Source: an uncultured Lachnospiraceae bacterium (GTDB lineage Bacteria; Bacillota; Clostridia; Christensenellales; UBA1242). From it: 64,000 nucleotides of DNA. A program made the position numbers and the translations under genes. Position 1 is the stretch's first letter. Each line of letters opens with the position of its first letter. Shown here piece by piece: positions 6,426 to 17,123 of this stretch. The stretch spans positions 44,696 to 108,695 of the forward strand of contig CAZSGM010000003.1 in assembly GCA_964606505.1 (NCBI GenBank), written 5' to 3'. The notes beneath the pieces were generated by a model that was not told the origin of the DNA, made no database searches, and saw only the letters and a list, made by a program, of their open reading frames with translations.

Positions 6426-7388
6426 TCATTTTTTGAGATAATCAGCGTATTTCTCGGTTAAATAATTGAGTAGGTTTTTATAATTGTCGGCTGAATTATT
6501 GTTTACCCATTCAATGTTGGAGGTGTAGCGCTTATACCACGTAATTTGCCTTTTAGCATAATTTCGCGTGTGTTGTTTGATTTTTTCGATGGCGTCATTT
6601 AATGATACTTCGCCGTTAAAATATGGATATAATTCTTTATAGCCTATGGCGCTTGATACCTGAAGCGTAACGTTGTTTTGCCTTTCGTAGTCGAATAGTT
6701 TTTTTGCTTCTTCGATTAACCCGCTTTGTACCATTATGTCTATTCGCGCGTTTATATCTGAATAAAGTTGCTCCCTATCTTTGTTCAAAAAGACGATTTG
6801 GTAGTCAAAATTAGAATTTTCAAAGTTCTTTTTATCGCTTGAGTCATTGGTTTCGCCCAAAAGCGCAATTTCAAGTTTGCGCAAAATTAGTTTTTTATTG
6901 TTTGGGTGTAAATCTTCAGCTAATGACGGGTTACAAGTTCTAATTTTCGCAATTAACTCCTCGCCCCCGAGTTCGTCGTATAGGTCGCTGTACTTTTTGC
7001 GAAACTCGTCGTTCTTACTGCAATTGTTAAAATCATAAGTAAAAAGCAAACTTTCAATATATAGCCCTGTACCACCAACCAAAATAGGCAACTTCCCCTG
7101 CTCGCTAATATCGTCAATCTGTTTTAATGTCGCCGCTTTAAACTCCGCAACACTATATGACTGATTAAAGTCAATAATATCAATATTTTTATGCGGATAT
7201 TTCTTTAATTCTGACTTAGATATTTTAGCGGTCGCAATATCGCAACCTCTATAAATTTGCATTGAGTCAGCCGAAATCAACTCGCAATTAAGTAAATCGT
7301 AACAATTCATAGCAAGTTTCGTCTTGCCAACACAAGTAGGTCCCGCGATTATCAACAATTTTTGTTTTAAAGCACGCGCTTGAACCAT
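6426..7388 (-). CDS. miaA: tRNA dimethylallyltransferase
   Basis: P-loop IIAGPTCVGKTKLA, and IPILVGGTGLY. I chose the start at MVQARALKQ (7388), preceded by GAAAGGA. It overlaps the mutL 3' end. Confidence 0.9.
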   Translation of the reverse strand: MVQARALKQKLLIIAGPTCVGKTKLAMNCYDLLNCELISADSMQIYRGCDIATAKISKSELKKYPHKNIDIIDFNQSYSVAEFKAATLKQIDDISEQGKLPILVGGTGLYIESLLFTYDFNNCSKNDEFRKKYSDLYDELGGEELIAKIRTCNPSLAEDLHPNNKKLILRKLEIALLGETNDSSDKKNFENSNFDYQIVFLNKDREQLYSDINARIDIMVQSGLIEEAKKLFDYERQNNVTLQVSSAIGYKELYPYFNGEVSLNDAIEKIKQHTRNYAKRQITWYKRYTSNIEWVNNNSADNYKNLLNYLTEKYADYLKK

Positions 7389-9736
7389 TTTTCGACGTCC
7401 TTTCTCTCGATTTTTATTGCAATTGGCCTGCCGTGCGGACAAAACAGTTCTGTTTTATTCTCAACAACCGCGTCAACCAAATAACAAATCTCAGACTCGC
7501 TCATATCGTTTCCTGCCTTAATAGCGGCCTTGCACGCCCTCTGCATAAGGTATTCATTGATTTTTAGGCTATCCTTAACCTTTACTTCCTTGCCGTATTG
7601 CTTCAAAATGTCGTTGAAATACGTTTTACAGTCAAAGTTCCCGCCCAGCAAAAGTGGTACGGTTGCAACCTTAAACGCCTTATCGCCAAACTCCTCAATT
7701 TGGAAGCCTAGATTGCAAAATTGCTCCAAGTTTTCTTGAATGAAACTCTTTTCTTGGTAGTTTACTTCCAAAATGTATGGAACCAACAAAGTTTGGACGG
7801 CTGTATTTCGCTTATTGTAGTACTTTGTAAGCCTATCGTAAATAATTCGCTCGTGTGCAGCGTGCTGGTCAATCAAAATTGCAATGTCCTCGTGCTCAAC
7901 AAATAGGAATGTGTTAAATAATTTCCCCACTACCTTGTAACCGTTTTGCAATAACGCCGTGGTGTTTTGTTCCTTTTTCTTGTCTCTTTCCGCTAATAAG
8001 TCAACGACGTTCCGCGTACCGTCAGTTTTGCCAAACATAACGCTATCTTGACCTGTTGAACCCGTCAAGTCCATCGAGTCCATTGTGTGTATCATTTCCT
8101 CGATGTCAAAATCTTCGTAAATTTTAATTTCTTTCGTAGTAACTAATTTATCATTTTTATCGTAAATGTCGATTTTGTCTATGAAATATTTGCCGTTTTC
8201 ATCATAGAAAAATTTTCCATCGCTTGTTTTTTGTTCTGTCTTAGATGGTTGTTTTTTAGGCTTAGGCGGCGATGCTTCGTAATAGATTTCACTCTTTCGC
8301 GCCTCTTCCTCAGTCTCGCACACTTCCATACGAATATTGATATCTCCGTTAAAAAATGAATTTGATGCTGATGGCGAAACCATTTCGCTCAACATTTGCG
8401 AAGTGATAGTTTTCTTAACAGGCAAATCTTCAGCTGATGGTATGCCGCCCGAAGGTGGAAGAATTGATGTTTCCATTGGGAAATCATCAAACTCACTTTC
8501 CCATTTCGTGTGTTTTTCTTCTCCTTCTGCCGTCGCATTTTGCGCGTCGACTTGTCTGCTAGAGAGAATGCCAAAATTATTTGAGTTGCTGTAGCCGTTT
8601 CCAGTTGTTTTAGGTTCAGCAGATGGCGTAAATATGTTGTCAAAAGTCTTAAACGCATCCTGCTGCTCAACTTTTTCTTCCTCAAAAGTTTTCTCAAGTT
8701 TTTTAAGTGAACTAATAGGTTTGTCTATCATATCAACGGAAAACAGGTCTTGGTTCGACAAAATAGTGTTTGAAACCGTCCTATACACAAAGGAGAATAT
8801 CTCGCCGTTGTCCTCAAATCTAATTTCCATCTTTGTAGGGTGAACATTAACGTCAATACGCTCTGGGTTGATATCCAAAAACATTATGAAGAACGGGAAC
8901 TGCCCCTTCATCAAGTGAGTTTCAAAACCCTTGTTAACCGCAACCGAAATATTGGAATTCTGCACAAATCTATTGTTTACAACAAGCGTTTGATACGTCC
9001 TATTAGCCTTTGTGAAACTAGGTTTTCCAATATAGCCATACAAGTGCATATCGTTGCGTTTTTCGTCAAACTTTAACAAGTTTTGCAGCGTGCTGATGCC
9101 GTAAATTGCAAAAATTGCGTCCTCAAGATTTTTTCCAGTTGAATAATAAATCTGCTTACCATCCGCAAAATATCTAATCGAAACATTGGGATTTGACAAA
9201 ATCAAACGCTGAACAATCGTAGTAATTTCGTGCTCCTCTTGCTTAGGTTTCTTCAAGAACTTTTTGCGCGCAGGAACATTGAAAAACAGGTTGTTTATTG
9301 AAATTTTTGTGCCATTTGGCGCCGAACGTCTTTCGAGCGACAAAACATTCCCAGCATTGAGCGAAATAAATGTCGCGAGGTCATCTTCACTCGTTTTTGT
9401 AATCATTTCGACTTCGGAAACCGACGCGATAGACGCAAGCGCCTCTCCACGAAAACCTAACGTAAGAATGGAGTTTAAGTCGTCCGCAGTGTTGATTTTA
9501 CTGGTTGCGTGCGGCAAAAATGCGTTTTTTACACTGTCATACTCAATTCCGCAACCGTCATCAGTAACAGTCATATTCTCAATTCCGCCGTTACGGATGT
9601 CGATAACAATGTTTTTTGCGCCCGCGTCAATGCAGTTTTCGGTTAATTCCTTTATTACCGACGCAGGTCTCTCAACAACCTCCCCAGCAGAAATTTTGTT
9701 ATATATGGACGAATCTAGTACATTTATTTTAGCCAT
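7367..9736 (-). CDS. mutL: DNA mismatch repair protein MutL with an unusually long inter-domain linker
   Basis: GHKL ATPase N-terminus (ISAGEVVERPASVIKELTENCIDAGA; DDGCGI) and C-terminal dimerisation/endonuclease region (DQHAAHERI ... FCPHGRP). Confidence 0.95.
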   Translation of the reverse strand: MAKINVLDSSIYNKISAGEVVERPASVIKELTENCIDAGAKNIVIDIRNGGIENMTVTDDGCGIEYDSVKNAFLPHATSKINTADDLNSILTLGFRGEALASIASVSEVEMITKTSEDDLATFISLNAGNVLSLERRSAPNGTKISINNLFFNVPARKKFLKKPKQEEHEITTIVQRLILSNPNVSIRYFADGKQIYYSTGKNLEDAIFAIYGISTLQNLLKFDEKRNDMHLYGYIGKPSFTKANRTYQTLVVNNRFVQNSNISVAVNKGFETHLMKGQFPFFIMFLDINPERIDVNVHPTKMEIRFEDNGEIFSFVYRTVSNTILSNQDLFSVDMIDKPISSLKKLEKTFEEEKVEQQDAFKTFDNIFTPSAEPKTTGNGYSNSNNFGILSSRQVDAQNATAEGEEKHTKWESEFDDFPMETSILPPSGGIPSAEDLPVKKTITSQMLSEMVSPSASNSFFNGDINIRMEVCETEEEARKSEIYYEASPPKPKKQPSKTEQKTSDGKFFYDENGKYFIDKIDIYDKNDKLVTTKEIKIYEDFDIEEMIHTMDSMDLTGSTGQDSVMFGKTDGTRNVVDLLAERDKKKEQNTTALLQNGYKVVGKLFNTFLFVEHEDIAILIDQHAAHERIIYDRLTKYYNKRNTAVQTLLVPYILEVNYQEKSFIQENLEQFCNLGFQIEEFGDKAFKVATVPLLLGGNFDCKTYFNDILKQYGKEVKVKDSLKINEYLMQRACKAAIKAGNDMSESEICYLVDAVVENKTELFCPHGRPIAIKIERKDVEKWFKRVL

Positions 9737-12350
9737 TTGTATCCTCTCTTACATTTATAATTTCTTTCATCGTATTAATAGCCGTAAGCGCCTCAAGCGG
9801 CGTAATTGCGTCAATGTTAATTTTTTTAATATAGTTAGCAAGTTTAACTAATTCCTCATCCGGTTTTGTCTCCTGAACTGCGTCCCCTGCCCCCTGCAAA
9901 TGCTTATGCGTAATATCATTATTTTGCAAATCTCTCAAAATTTCGCGTGCCCTAGCAATAACACTGTCAGGCAACCCCGACATACTTGCAACTTCAATAC
10001 CAAAGCTGCGGTTTGCTCCCCCTCTAACAATCTTTCTCAAGAATATAACTGAGTTATCAAACTCCTTTACAGATATTTGATAGTTTTTAACTCCCTCAAG
10101 CGTGCCCTCAAGTTCAGTCAACTCGTGATAGTGCGTTGCAAACAAAACCTTCGCTTTCGTCTTTTTAGACAGGTGTTCAACAACTGCCCAAGCAATGCTA
10201 AGTCCGTCATAAGTACTTGTTCCGCGCCCAACTTCGTCCAAAATTACAAGGCTGTTGTCCGTAACATTGGATAGAATGTTGCTTACCTCAAGCATTTCAA
10301 CCATAAACGTACTCTGTCCGAACGCCAAATCGTCGCTAGCACCTATACGTGTGAAAATGCGGTCGGTTAGCGCAATTGTTGCATATTGAGCAGGTACAAA
10401 CGACCCGATGTGCGCCATCAACACAATAAGTGCAACCTGTCGCATATACGTGCTTTTACCAGCCATATTTGGTCCTGTAATAACGAGTACTCTATTCTCA
10501 TTGTTATCAAGCAGTGTGTCATTTGGAACAAACCTATCCCCCTTCAACATTTGCTCAACAACGCAGTGCTTTCCATCGATAATGTTTGTTTCCTTAACTG
10601 ACGAATTTATTATCGGCTTTGTAAAATTATTCTCAAGCGCAACAAGCGCAAGTGAAAGTAATGAGTCAATCATAGCTAAAACTCTTGCAGTTCCTAAAAA
10701 TGCAGGAATTTCATTGATTAACTGTTGCCTAATCTCCTTGAAAACCTTTTGCTCTTCCGTAAGTAAACTTTCTTCCGCGGACAAAATTTCCTCTTCGAGC
10801 TTTTTTAACTCGTCAGTAACATAACGCTCACAGTTTGCAAGTGTTTGCTTGCGCTGGTATCTCTCCTTTGGCGCAAACTGAATTTGGCTCTTAGGAACCT
10901 CAATAAAGTACCCGAAAACGGAGTTATAGCCAATTTTGAGGTTTTTGATATTTGTTTTCAAGCGTTCTTGAGCATCCATTTGTGCAATTGCAGTTCGCCC
11001 ACCCGTTGCCTTTTCCTTGAGTTCATCAAGTTCGCTAGAAAAGCCCGCCTTAATGAATCCAGTCTCCTGTGTGTTATTCGGCGAATTTTCGTCAAACGCC
11101 CTATCTAAAACATTAATTATTTCGTCAAAATCAAAAATTTCTTTATAATATTTTTTGAATAATGGGGTTTTCAAATCTTTAATCGCAGATTTTATTTGTG
11201 GGATTTTTGCGATTGAGAGTTTGAGTTCATTGCAACCTTTTGGCGTGATTGTTCCGTACGAAACACGTCCACAAATGCGTTCAATGTCACTAATTTCGCG
11301 CAGCGTCTGTGCAATTGTTTCGCGCACGATTGTGTTTTGCATAAGTTCCTCAATCGCGTCAAGGCGCTCATTTATCATTTTCTCGCTTTGGAGTGGTTGT
11401 TCAACCCATTGGCGAAGCATTCTCGCGCCCATAGAAGTTTTTGTGCTATTCAACACCCAATACAATGAGCCTTTAGTTTTTTTGTCTTTCATAGACTCGA
11501 CTAGCTCGAGGTTTCTGCGCGTGTTGATGTCGATTTTCATAATGTTTTTATCTTTTTCAACTTCAATACGCGTAATGTTCATCATTGAGCGCTTTTGCGT
11601 ATCCTCAAGATAACTAAGTAGCGCGCCGCTCGCGATGACGGCAAACTTGCACTTTCCAAGGTCGAATTTATCGAGCGTTATAACATTTAACTGTTTACAA
11701 ACCTTTTTCTCTGCCTTACTGTATGCAAACTCCCACTCGTTGTACTCAGTAGCCTTTGGCACAACGCCCATAGCATAACACGTAAGCTCCGAGTAATAGT
11801 TTAGTACATCCTTGTTGCATATAACTTCACTTGGCTTTATGCGAATTAGCAGGTCGTTAATCCTGTCATCCTTTTTGTCTGAGTTACCCTCAATTGCGTA
11901 CATTTCCCCCGTTGTAATGTCTACGTAAGCAATCCCGTAATTGTCATTTTCTGAATAAATGCAGGCAATGAAGTTGTTTTTACTATCGTCCAGAAGTTCC
12001 GCCTCAATGATAGTCCCTGGGGTAACGACGCGAACGACGTCGCGTTGTACGAGCGTGCAACCCTTGGTTGGTTCCGTAAGCTGTTCGCAAATCGCAACCT
12101 TGTACCCCATCCCAACGAGCTTTGTGAGGTAGTTGTTGGATGCGTGATACGGAATTCCGCACATCGGCGCCTTTTTGTTGCTGCCACAATCGCGTGCTGT
12201 TAACGTTAAGCCCAGTGCCCGCGAAACAATCATTGCGTCATCAAAAAACATTTCATAAAAATCGCCCAATCTATAAAACAAAATGCAATCTGGGTATTCG
12301 TCTTTTTTAAGTAAATACTGTTGCATCATTGGTGATAACTTTTTGCTCAT
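9729..12350 (-). CDS. mutS: DNA mismatch repair protein MutS
   Basis: N-terminus TPMMQQYL..FYRLGDFYEMF, Walker A GPNMAGKST, DEVGRGTSTYDG, and TLFATHYHEL-like FATHYHELT. Confidence 0.97.
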   Translation of the reverse strand: MSKKLSPMMQQYLLKKDEYPDCILFYRLGDFYEMFFDDAMIVSRALGLTLTARDCGSNKKAPMCGIPYHASNNYLTKLVGMGYKVAICEQLTEPTKGCTLVQRDVVRVVTPGTIIEAELLDDSKNNFIACIYSENDNYGIAYVDITTGEMYAIEGNSDKKDDRINDLLIRIKPSEVICNKDVLNYYSELTCYAMGVVPKATEYNEWEFAYSKAEKKVCKQLNVITLDKFDLGKCKFAVIASGALLSYLEDTQKRSMMNITRIEVEKDKNIMKIDINTRRNLELVESMKDKKTKGSLYWVLNSTKTSMGARMLRQWVEQPLQSEKMINERLDAIEELMQNTIVRETIAQTLREISDIERICGRVSYGTITPKGCNELKLSIAKIPQIKSAIKDLKTPLFKKYYKEIFDFDEIINVLDRAFDENSPNNTQETGFIKAGFSSELDELKEKATGGRTAIAQMDAQERLKTNIKNLKIGYNSVFGYFIEVPKSQIQFAPKERYQRKQTLANCERYVTDELKKLEEEILSAEESLLTEEQKVFKEIRQQLINEIPAFLGTARVLAMIDSLLSLALVALENNFTKPIINSSVKETNIIDGKHCVVEQMLKGDRFVPNDTLLDNNENRVLVITGPNMAGKSTYMRQVALIVLMAHIGSFVPAQYATIALTDRIFTRIGASDDLAFGQSTFMVEMLEVSNILSNVTDNSLVILDEVGRGTSTYDGLSIAWAVVEHLSKKTKAKVLFATHYHELTELEGTLEGVKNYQISVKEFDNSVIFLRKIVRGGANRSFGIEVASMSGLPDSVIARAREILRDLQNNDITHKHLQGAGDAVQETKPDEELVKLANYIKKINIDAITPLEALTAINTMKEIINVREDTNG

Positions 12351-13676
12351 TTATTCCTCCAAAGTTTTTCCGTAAAATTGATTGTTTTCAATTTTTGTAA
12401 TTTCAACGTCCACAAAATCGTCGAGTTGCAGTTTTTCATCAAAAACAACAATTGTTTTGCCGCTATCGGTTTTTACCATAAACGACCCGTCTTCATTGCG
12501 CGCGTCAACTATGCAATTCTCAACTCTCCCTATCATTTGGCTGGCGAGTTCTTTTGAAATTTGCTTTTCAATGTCTAGTAAGTGGTTAATGCGTCTATGC
12601 TTTTCTTCGTCTGAAACTTGGTCAGGCATAGTCGCTGCAGGCGTGCCCGTGCGCGGCGAATACATAAACACGAAAAGCCCATTGTATTTAACGCGTTTTA
12701 CAAGTTCGCACGTTTCCTCAAACTCCTTCTCAGTTTCCCCTGGGAAGCCAACAATTATGTCGCTAGTGAGAGAAACATTTGGTATAAGTTCGCGTATCTT
12801 TTTAATGGTGTTTTCATATTTTTCAACCGTGTAATTTCTGTTCATTCTTCTCAAAATTTCGTTGCTGCCCGATTGAATTGGTAAGTGAATTGTTTTTGAG
12901 ATTTTGTCGTTGCGTGCAATTGTTTCTATAACATCGTCCGTTAAATCTTTCGGGTGAGATGTCATAAACTTAAGTTTAAAGTTGTAAGGCAAGTCTGCAA
13001 CCGTTTGCAGCAATTGAGCAAACGTTGTGCCGTCACCTAAATCTTTTCCGTAGGAATTTACGTTTTGACCCAGCAAAGTGATAACTTTGTACTTGCCCGT
13101 CTGCAAAAGCACCTCAACCTCACTGACTATATCCTGCATTTGGCGGCTCTTTTCCCTTCCACGAACGTATGGGACGATACAATACGTGCAGAAATTGTTG
13201 CAGCCATACATTATGTTAACCCAGCCGTTATGCCCGCTAGTTCTTGTCATTGGAACATCTTCAAATATATCTGTCATCTCTTTTTCAATCGCAACAATTC
13301 GTTTTTGCGTCTCAGCGTAATCGTCGAGATACTCGCCAAACCTCCCGAGGTTGTGCGTTCCAAATATTATGTTAATAAACGGAAAGCGCTTGTGCAACAG
13401 CTCCGCCATACTATCTTGCTGACTCATACACCCGCAAACCGCAACAATAAGGTTGGGGTTCTTTTTCTTGATGTGCTTGATTGCTCCAATGTTCCCCATT
13501 ATCTTTTCCTCGGCAGACTTGCGTATGCAACACGTATTAAAAACGATTACATCCGCTTGTTTTGTGTCTTTAGTTTCGGTATAGCCTCGCTCTTCCAAAA
13601 ATCCTGCTAATTTTTCCGACTCGTGTACATTCATTTGACAGCCGTATGTCATAATGCAATATTTCTTGTTATCCAT
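12351..13676 (-). CDS. miaB: tRNA-2-methylthio-N6-dimethylallyladenosine synthase (radical SAM)
   Basis: UPF0004 N-terminus (TYGCQMNVHESE), radical-SAM CNNFCTYCIVP, and a TRAM C-terminus. The ATG at 13676 has GAAAGGA upstream. An alternative start lies at 13697. Confidence 0.9.
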   Translation of the reverse strand: MDNKKYCIMTYGCQMNVHESEKLAGFLEERGYTETKDTKQADVIVFNTCCIRKSAEEKIMGNIGAIKHIKKKNPNLIVAVCGCMSQQDSMAELLHKRFPFINIIFGTHNLGRFGEYLDDYAETQKRIVAIEKEMTDIFEDVPMTRTSGHNGWVNIMYGCNNFCTYCIVPYVRGREKSRQMQDIVSEVEVLLQTGKYKVITLLGQNVNSYGKDLGDGTTFAQLLQTVADLPYNFKLKFMTSHPKDLTDDVIETIARNDKISKTIHLPIQSGSNEILRRMNRNYTVEKYENTIKKIRELIPNVSLTSDIIVGFPGETEKEFEETCELVKRVKYNGLFVFMYSPRTGTPAATMPDQVSDEEKHRRINHLLDIEKQISKELASQMIGRVENCIVDARNEDGSFMVKTDSGKTIVVFDEKLQLDDFVDVEITKIENNQFYGKTLEE

Positions 13677-13870
13677 AGTTATCCTTTCTTTTGTCATTTT
13701 TTACGCAACGCCCCCAACTAAACGTTGTCAATAAAATTAAAATCGTTTTGTTTATAAATTATAACATTTTTAGGGTATAAAATGCAAGTCAATTGCGAAA
13801 ATTTACAAACAAAATTGCGCTTTATTTGCTTGAAATAAATATTTTTAGCGCGTTTACTAATACTATAAAT

Positions 13871-16090
13871 ATGAATAATTTAAAAATTAAAAAGGCAGCG
13901 AAGTTCCTTGCGTTGACCGCAACAATAGTTATTGCAATTGTGGGACTAGTTTTTGCGTTTTACTACGTAAAAATTAGCGTTGAATACGGGAATGTTAAGT
14001 TTGACAAAGATAAACTATTGCTCGTAACATCGTACGCTGAAATTGTTGATAACGACGATAACGCCATTGGGAAAACGTCCGTCAACGGGCGCACAACGAC
14101 AAACCTTGCGACTGTTCCAAAACACACTCTCAAGGCGTTTTTAGCAATAGAGGACAAGGATTTTTACAGCCACAGCGGGCTCAACTACAGGCGCATTGCA
14201 AAGTCGCTACTCACAAACATTAAGCACGGCTACGCAAAAGAAGGTGCGTCGACAATTTCACAGCAGTTGATTAAAAACACGCACTTAAGCAACGATAAGA
14301 CGATTGAACGCAAGCTCAAGGAGGTATTTTTGACCAAAAAACTTGAGAAAACGTTTACAAAAGACGAAATTCTTGAAATTTACCTTAATGTTATTTACTT
14401 TGGGAATAGTTGTTTTGGACTTGAGGACGCTAGCAGTTTTTACTTTAATAAAACAGCAAATTTGCTTACGATTGCTGAATCGGCAACACTTGCGGGGTTA
14501 ATTAAGTCGCCCAGATTGTATAACCCCTTGACAAACAAGGAAAACTGCTTAAAGCGCAGAGATTTAGTTATAAATCAAATGCAAAAATACGGGTTTATTA
14601 CAAGCGCAGAAGCGCAATCTGCCCTTTCCGAAAAACTGCAAATTTCGCAAAATCGCAAGCAGGACTGCGTTGAAAAAGCCGCTCTTGACAGTGCCTGCGC
14701 ACTCTTAAATATGTCAGAAAAGGATGTTATTAACTCTCAATTGAAAATTAGCACGTTTATTGACCCGAAACTGCAAAGGTTGGTTGACGACATAGATTTG
14801 GATATGCTAAAAATTGGCAATGTTATGCCTAATTATGCCATTATAATTGAAAATAATAACGACGGCACAATACAAGCGTTGCGGTATTCAAATGTTGACA
14901 TTTTGAATATGAAAAGGCAGCCCGCCTCGTGTTTGAAACCGTTTTTGGTGTATGCGCCAAACATTGAGGACGGCAAGATTAACTTAATGACAAAAGTTGA
15001 TGATTCCCCCATTAATTATGGAAGTTTCTCCCCTGCCAACGCGGATAAAAAGTACAAGGGCTACATCAGCGCAAAAGAGGCGCTAAGTACGTCGTCCAAT
15101 GTTTGCGCTACAAAACTATTAAACTATTACGGGATAGATAAGGCGAAAGCAACTGCCGCAAAATTTGGCTTCAATTTTGAAAAGGAGGACAACCATTTGG
15201 CGCTGGCACTTGGAAGTATGTATCATGGCTGCGACCTAATTACGCTGACAAACGCGTACGCTACCCTGTCGCGAGGCGGAAACTACATCAAGCCGCAACT
15301 AATCAAAACGATTAAATCAAAGCAACTCCCGCTATATGCGAGCAAAACCGCTCAACGTCAAGCCATTTCGCCCGAAACTGCGTACCAATTAACGCTTGCA
15401 CTGCAAGACTGTAGCGCGAACGGCACAGGCAAAAAACTTGAAAAATTTAGCAAATATGTTGCCTGTAAAACAGGCACAAACGGTGCCACAAACTCAAGCA
15501 GCAACACTGACGCATACAACGTAAGTTATTCAAAGGAATACACCGTTTGCATATGGATTGGCGCGACGGATGAAACACTGCTTCCATCAAACTTCAATGG
15601 CGGAAACCACGCTTCCATCATCGCGAAAAGTATTTGGGAACAACTTGCCCCGCAAAACAAGTTTGAAAAGCCACAAAACATCGTCGAGAAAACAATTGAT
15701 AAGATAACTTACGACTCTTCGGGGCAAATAAAACTTGCGGACGACAACGCGCCCGAACGCTACACTTTCGATATGGTTTTCAATAAAAAATATGCGCCCA
15801 AAGAAAAATCCACGCTGTTTTCCGATTTGGAACGCGTGGAATTGAGCGCAAAACACTCAGGAAACGCCGTTAAATTAAGTTTTGAGTGCAAAAAATACTA
15901 CAATTACACCCTCTTCAAATCAACAGGCGACAATTTGGAAGTTTTGCAAACAATTGAAGGCAAAAATGGCGAAATCGTTTTCACGGACAGAAATTTACCA
16001 ACGCGCGGCGCAGTTAGTTACTACGTTGTTGTAAGTACTAATACGAGCAATACAAGCCGCACATCAAATATTGTCAAAATCATTGTTTAA
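13871..16090 (+). CDS. Class A penicillin-binding protein (transglycosylase/transpeptidase)
   Basis: GT51 motifs AIEDKDFYSH, GASTISQQL and RKLKEVFLTKKLE. Transpeptidase motifs SCLK (SxxK), SSN and KTGT. An N-terminal TM anchor is present. The start is uncertain (ATG 13871 versus the track start 13793). Confidence 0.9.
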   Translation: MNNLKIKKAAKFLALTATIVIAIVGLVFAFYYVKISVEYGNVKFDKDKLLLVTSYAEIVDNDDNAIGKTSVNGRTTTNLATVPKHTLKAFLAIEDKDFYSHSGLNYRRIAKSLLTNIKHGYAKEGASTISQQLIKNTHLSNDKTIERKLKEVFLTKKLEKTFTKDEILEIYLNVIYFGNSCFGLEDASSFYFNKTANLLTIAESATLAGLIKSPRLYNPLTNKENCLKRRDLVINQMQKYGFITSAEAQSALSEKLQISQNRKQDCVEKAALDSACALLNMSEKDVINSQLKISTFIDPKLQRLVDDIDLDMLKIGNVMPNYAIIIENNNDGTIQALRYSNVDILNMKRQPASCLKPFLVYAPNIEDGKINLMTKVDDSPINYGSFSPANADKKYKGYISAKEALSTSSNVCATKLLNYYGIDKAKATAAKFGFNFEKEDNHLALALGSMYHGCDLITLTNAYATLSRGGNYIKPQLIKTIKSKQLPLYASKTAQRQAISPETAYQLTLALQDCSANGTGKKLEKFSKYVACKTGTNGATNSSSNTDAYNVSYSKEYTVCIWIGATDETLLPSNFNGGNHASIIAKSIWEQLAPQNKFEKPQNIVEKTIDKITYDSSGQIKLADDNAPERYTFDMVFNKKYAPKEKSTLFSDLERVELSAKHSGNAVKLSFECKKYYNYTLFKSTGDNLEVLQTIEGKNGEIVFTDRNLPTRGAVSYYVVVSTNTSNTSRTSNIVKIIV

Positions 16091-16147
16091 TGAAAGCTGC
16101 GCACCTAAATTTTTGCCATATAACAAATATTATATTGCAAAACAAAA

Positions 16148-16187
16148 AAAGACTCATTTTCCTTCATCTTCGGGACAACTGAGTCTT
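16148..16187 (-). terminator. Terminator at the end of tRNA operon 1
   Basis: Minus strand reads AAGACTCA ... TGAGTCTT (8-bp stem, long loop) followed by TTTTTTGTTTT. Confidence 0.5.
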
Positions 16188-16190
16188 TAC

Positions 16191-16279
16191 TGGTGCCGAA
16201 GGCGGGACTTGAACCCGCACAGGCATTTCTGCCCGAAGGATTTTAAGTCCTTTGCGTCTGCCGATTCCGCCACTTCGGC
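16191..16279 (-). tRNA. tRNA-Leu(UAA)
   Basis: Cloverleaf with a long variable arm, anticodon loop CTTAAAA, T-loop GGTTCAAGTCC, and an encoded CCA. Confidence 0.9.
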
Positions 16280-16281
16280 TT

Positions 16282-16356
16282 TGGAGGCGCCACCCAGATT
16301 TGAACTGGGGAATGGAGGTTTTGCAGACCTGTGCCTTACCGCTTGGCTATGGCGCC
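16282..16356 (-). tRNA. tRNA-Cys(GCA)
   Basis: Acceptor GGCGCCA/TGGCGCC, anticodon loop CTGCAAA, T-loop AGTTCAAATCT, and an encoded CCA. Confidence 0.9.
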
Positions 16357-16379
16357 AAAATAAACAGGTTATAAAAAAA

Positions 16380-16454
<75 letters not shown>

Positions 16455-16481
16455 GCGCTACAATAATAAAAATATTGTATA

Positions 16482-16557
16482 TGGTGGGAACTATAGGACT
16501 CGAACCTATGACCATCTGCTTGTAAGGCAGGTGCTCTACCAACTGAGCTAAGCTCCC
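16482..16557 (-). tRNA. tRNA-Val(UAC)
   Basis: GGGAGCT acceptor, anticodon loop CTTACAA, T-loop GGTTCGAGTCC, and CCA. Confidence 0.9.
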
Positions 16558-16572
16558 AATCAATGCTCCATA

Positions 16573-16601
16573 AGTATACTATAATAATTTAATAATGTCA
16601 A
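16573..16601 (-). promoter_or_regulatory. Promoter of tRNA operon 1
   Basis: Minus strand reads TTGACA (16601-16596), a 17-nt spacer, then TATACT (16578-16573), about 15 nt before the tRNA-Val 5' end. Confidence 0.7.
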
Positions 16602-17080
16602 CTGATTTTTAACACTTTTTTGATTTTTTTTAATTTTTTTTCTAAAAAATCATTTTTTTTGAAGTATTTTTGTTGTTTTATCAAAAACATTAGTAAATAG
16701 CGCACAGTAAACTTGCTTTTTAGGTGTTTCAAAAATATTTTATGCAAAAAATATTTTTAATGTCAACTTTATTATTATATCACAAAATTTAATTTTAGTC
16801 TAGCAATTTTACCTAAAAAAATAAAATTTTTTTATTTTTTTTTGAATGTTGCTCCTTTTATCTGCCCCTATACCCCTTTCGTTTCTGCATACAATGCAGT
16901 ATCCTATCTTAGAAGTGCACGATTTAGTTGATTGCTACAAATTTTTATACTTAAACAAATATTTATTAAACAATCATTTTAACTAAAAGTTTTAGTCGCC
17001 ACAACTCAATGGTTGCAGTTCCCCTCTTTGTTTGCCAACCCTAGTATTTTTTATACAGCACAAATTCATACAACACAAAT

Positions 17081-17114
17081 TAAAAACGCAAAGAGATTAA
17101 CCCTCTGCGTTTTT
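17081..17114 (-). terminator. Rho-independent terminator of the Cys-rich micro-ORF
   Basis: Minus strand reads ACGCAGAG-GGTTAAT-CTCTTTGCGT followed by TTTTTAATTT, starting about 10 nt after the stop codon. Confidence 0.75.
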
Positions 17115-17123
17115 AGTCAGCAA

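Noticed and set aside
9264-9851. Long antisense ORFs inside well-supported genes. Examples are 9264..9851, 10408..10824, 11155..11613, 13065..13610, 36196..36717, 44167..44598, 55000..55467 and 61579..62112.
   Set aside because: They are mirror-frame ORFs opposite conserved housekeeping genes. They have no RBS and low-complexity Ser/Leu/Phe-rich translations, which is typical shadow-ORF behaviour.
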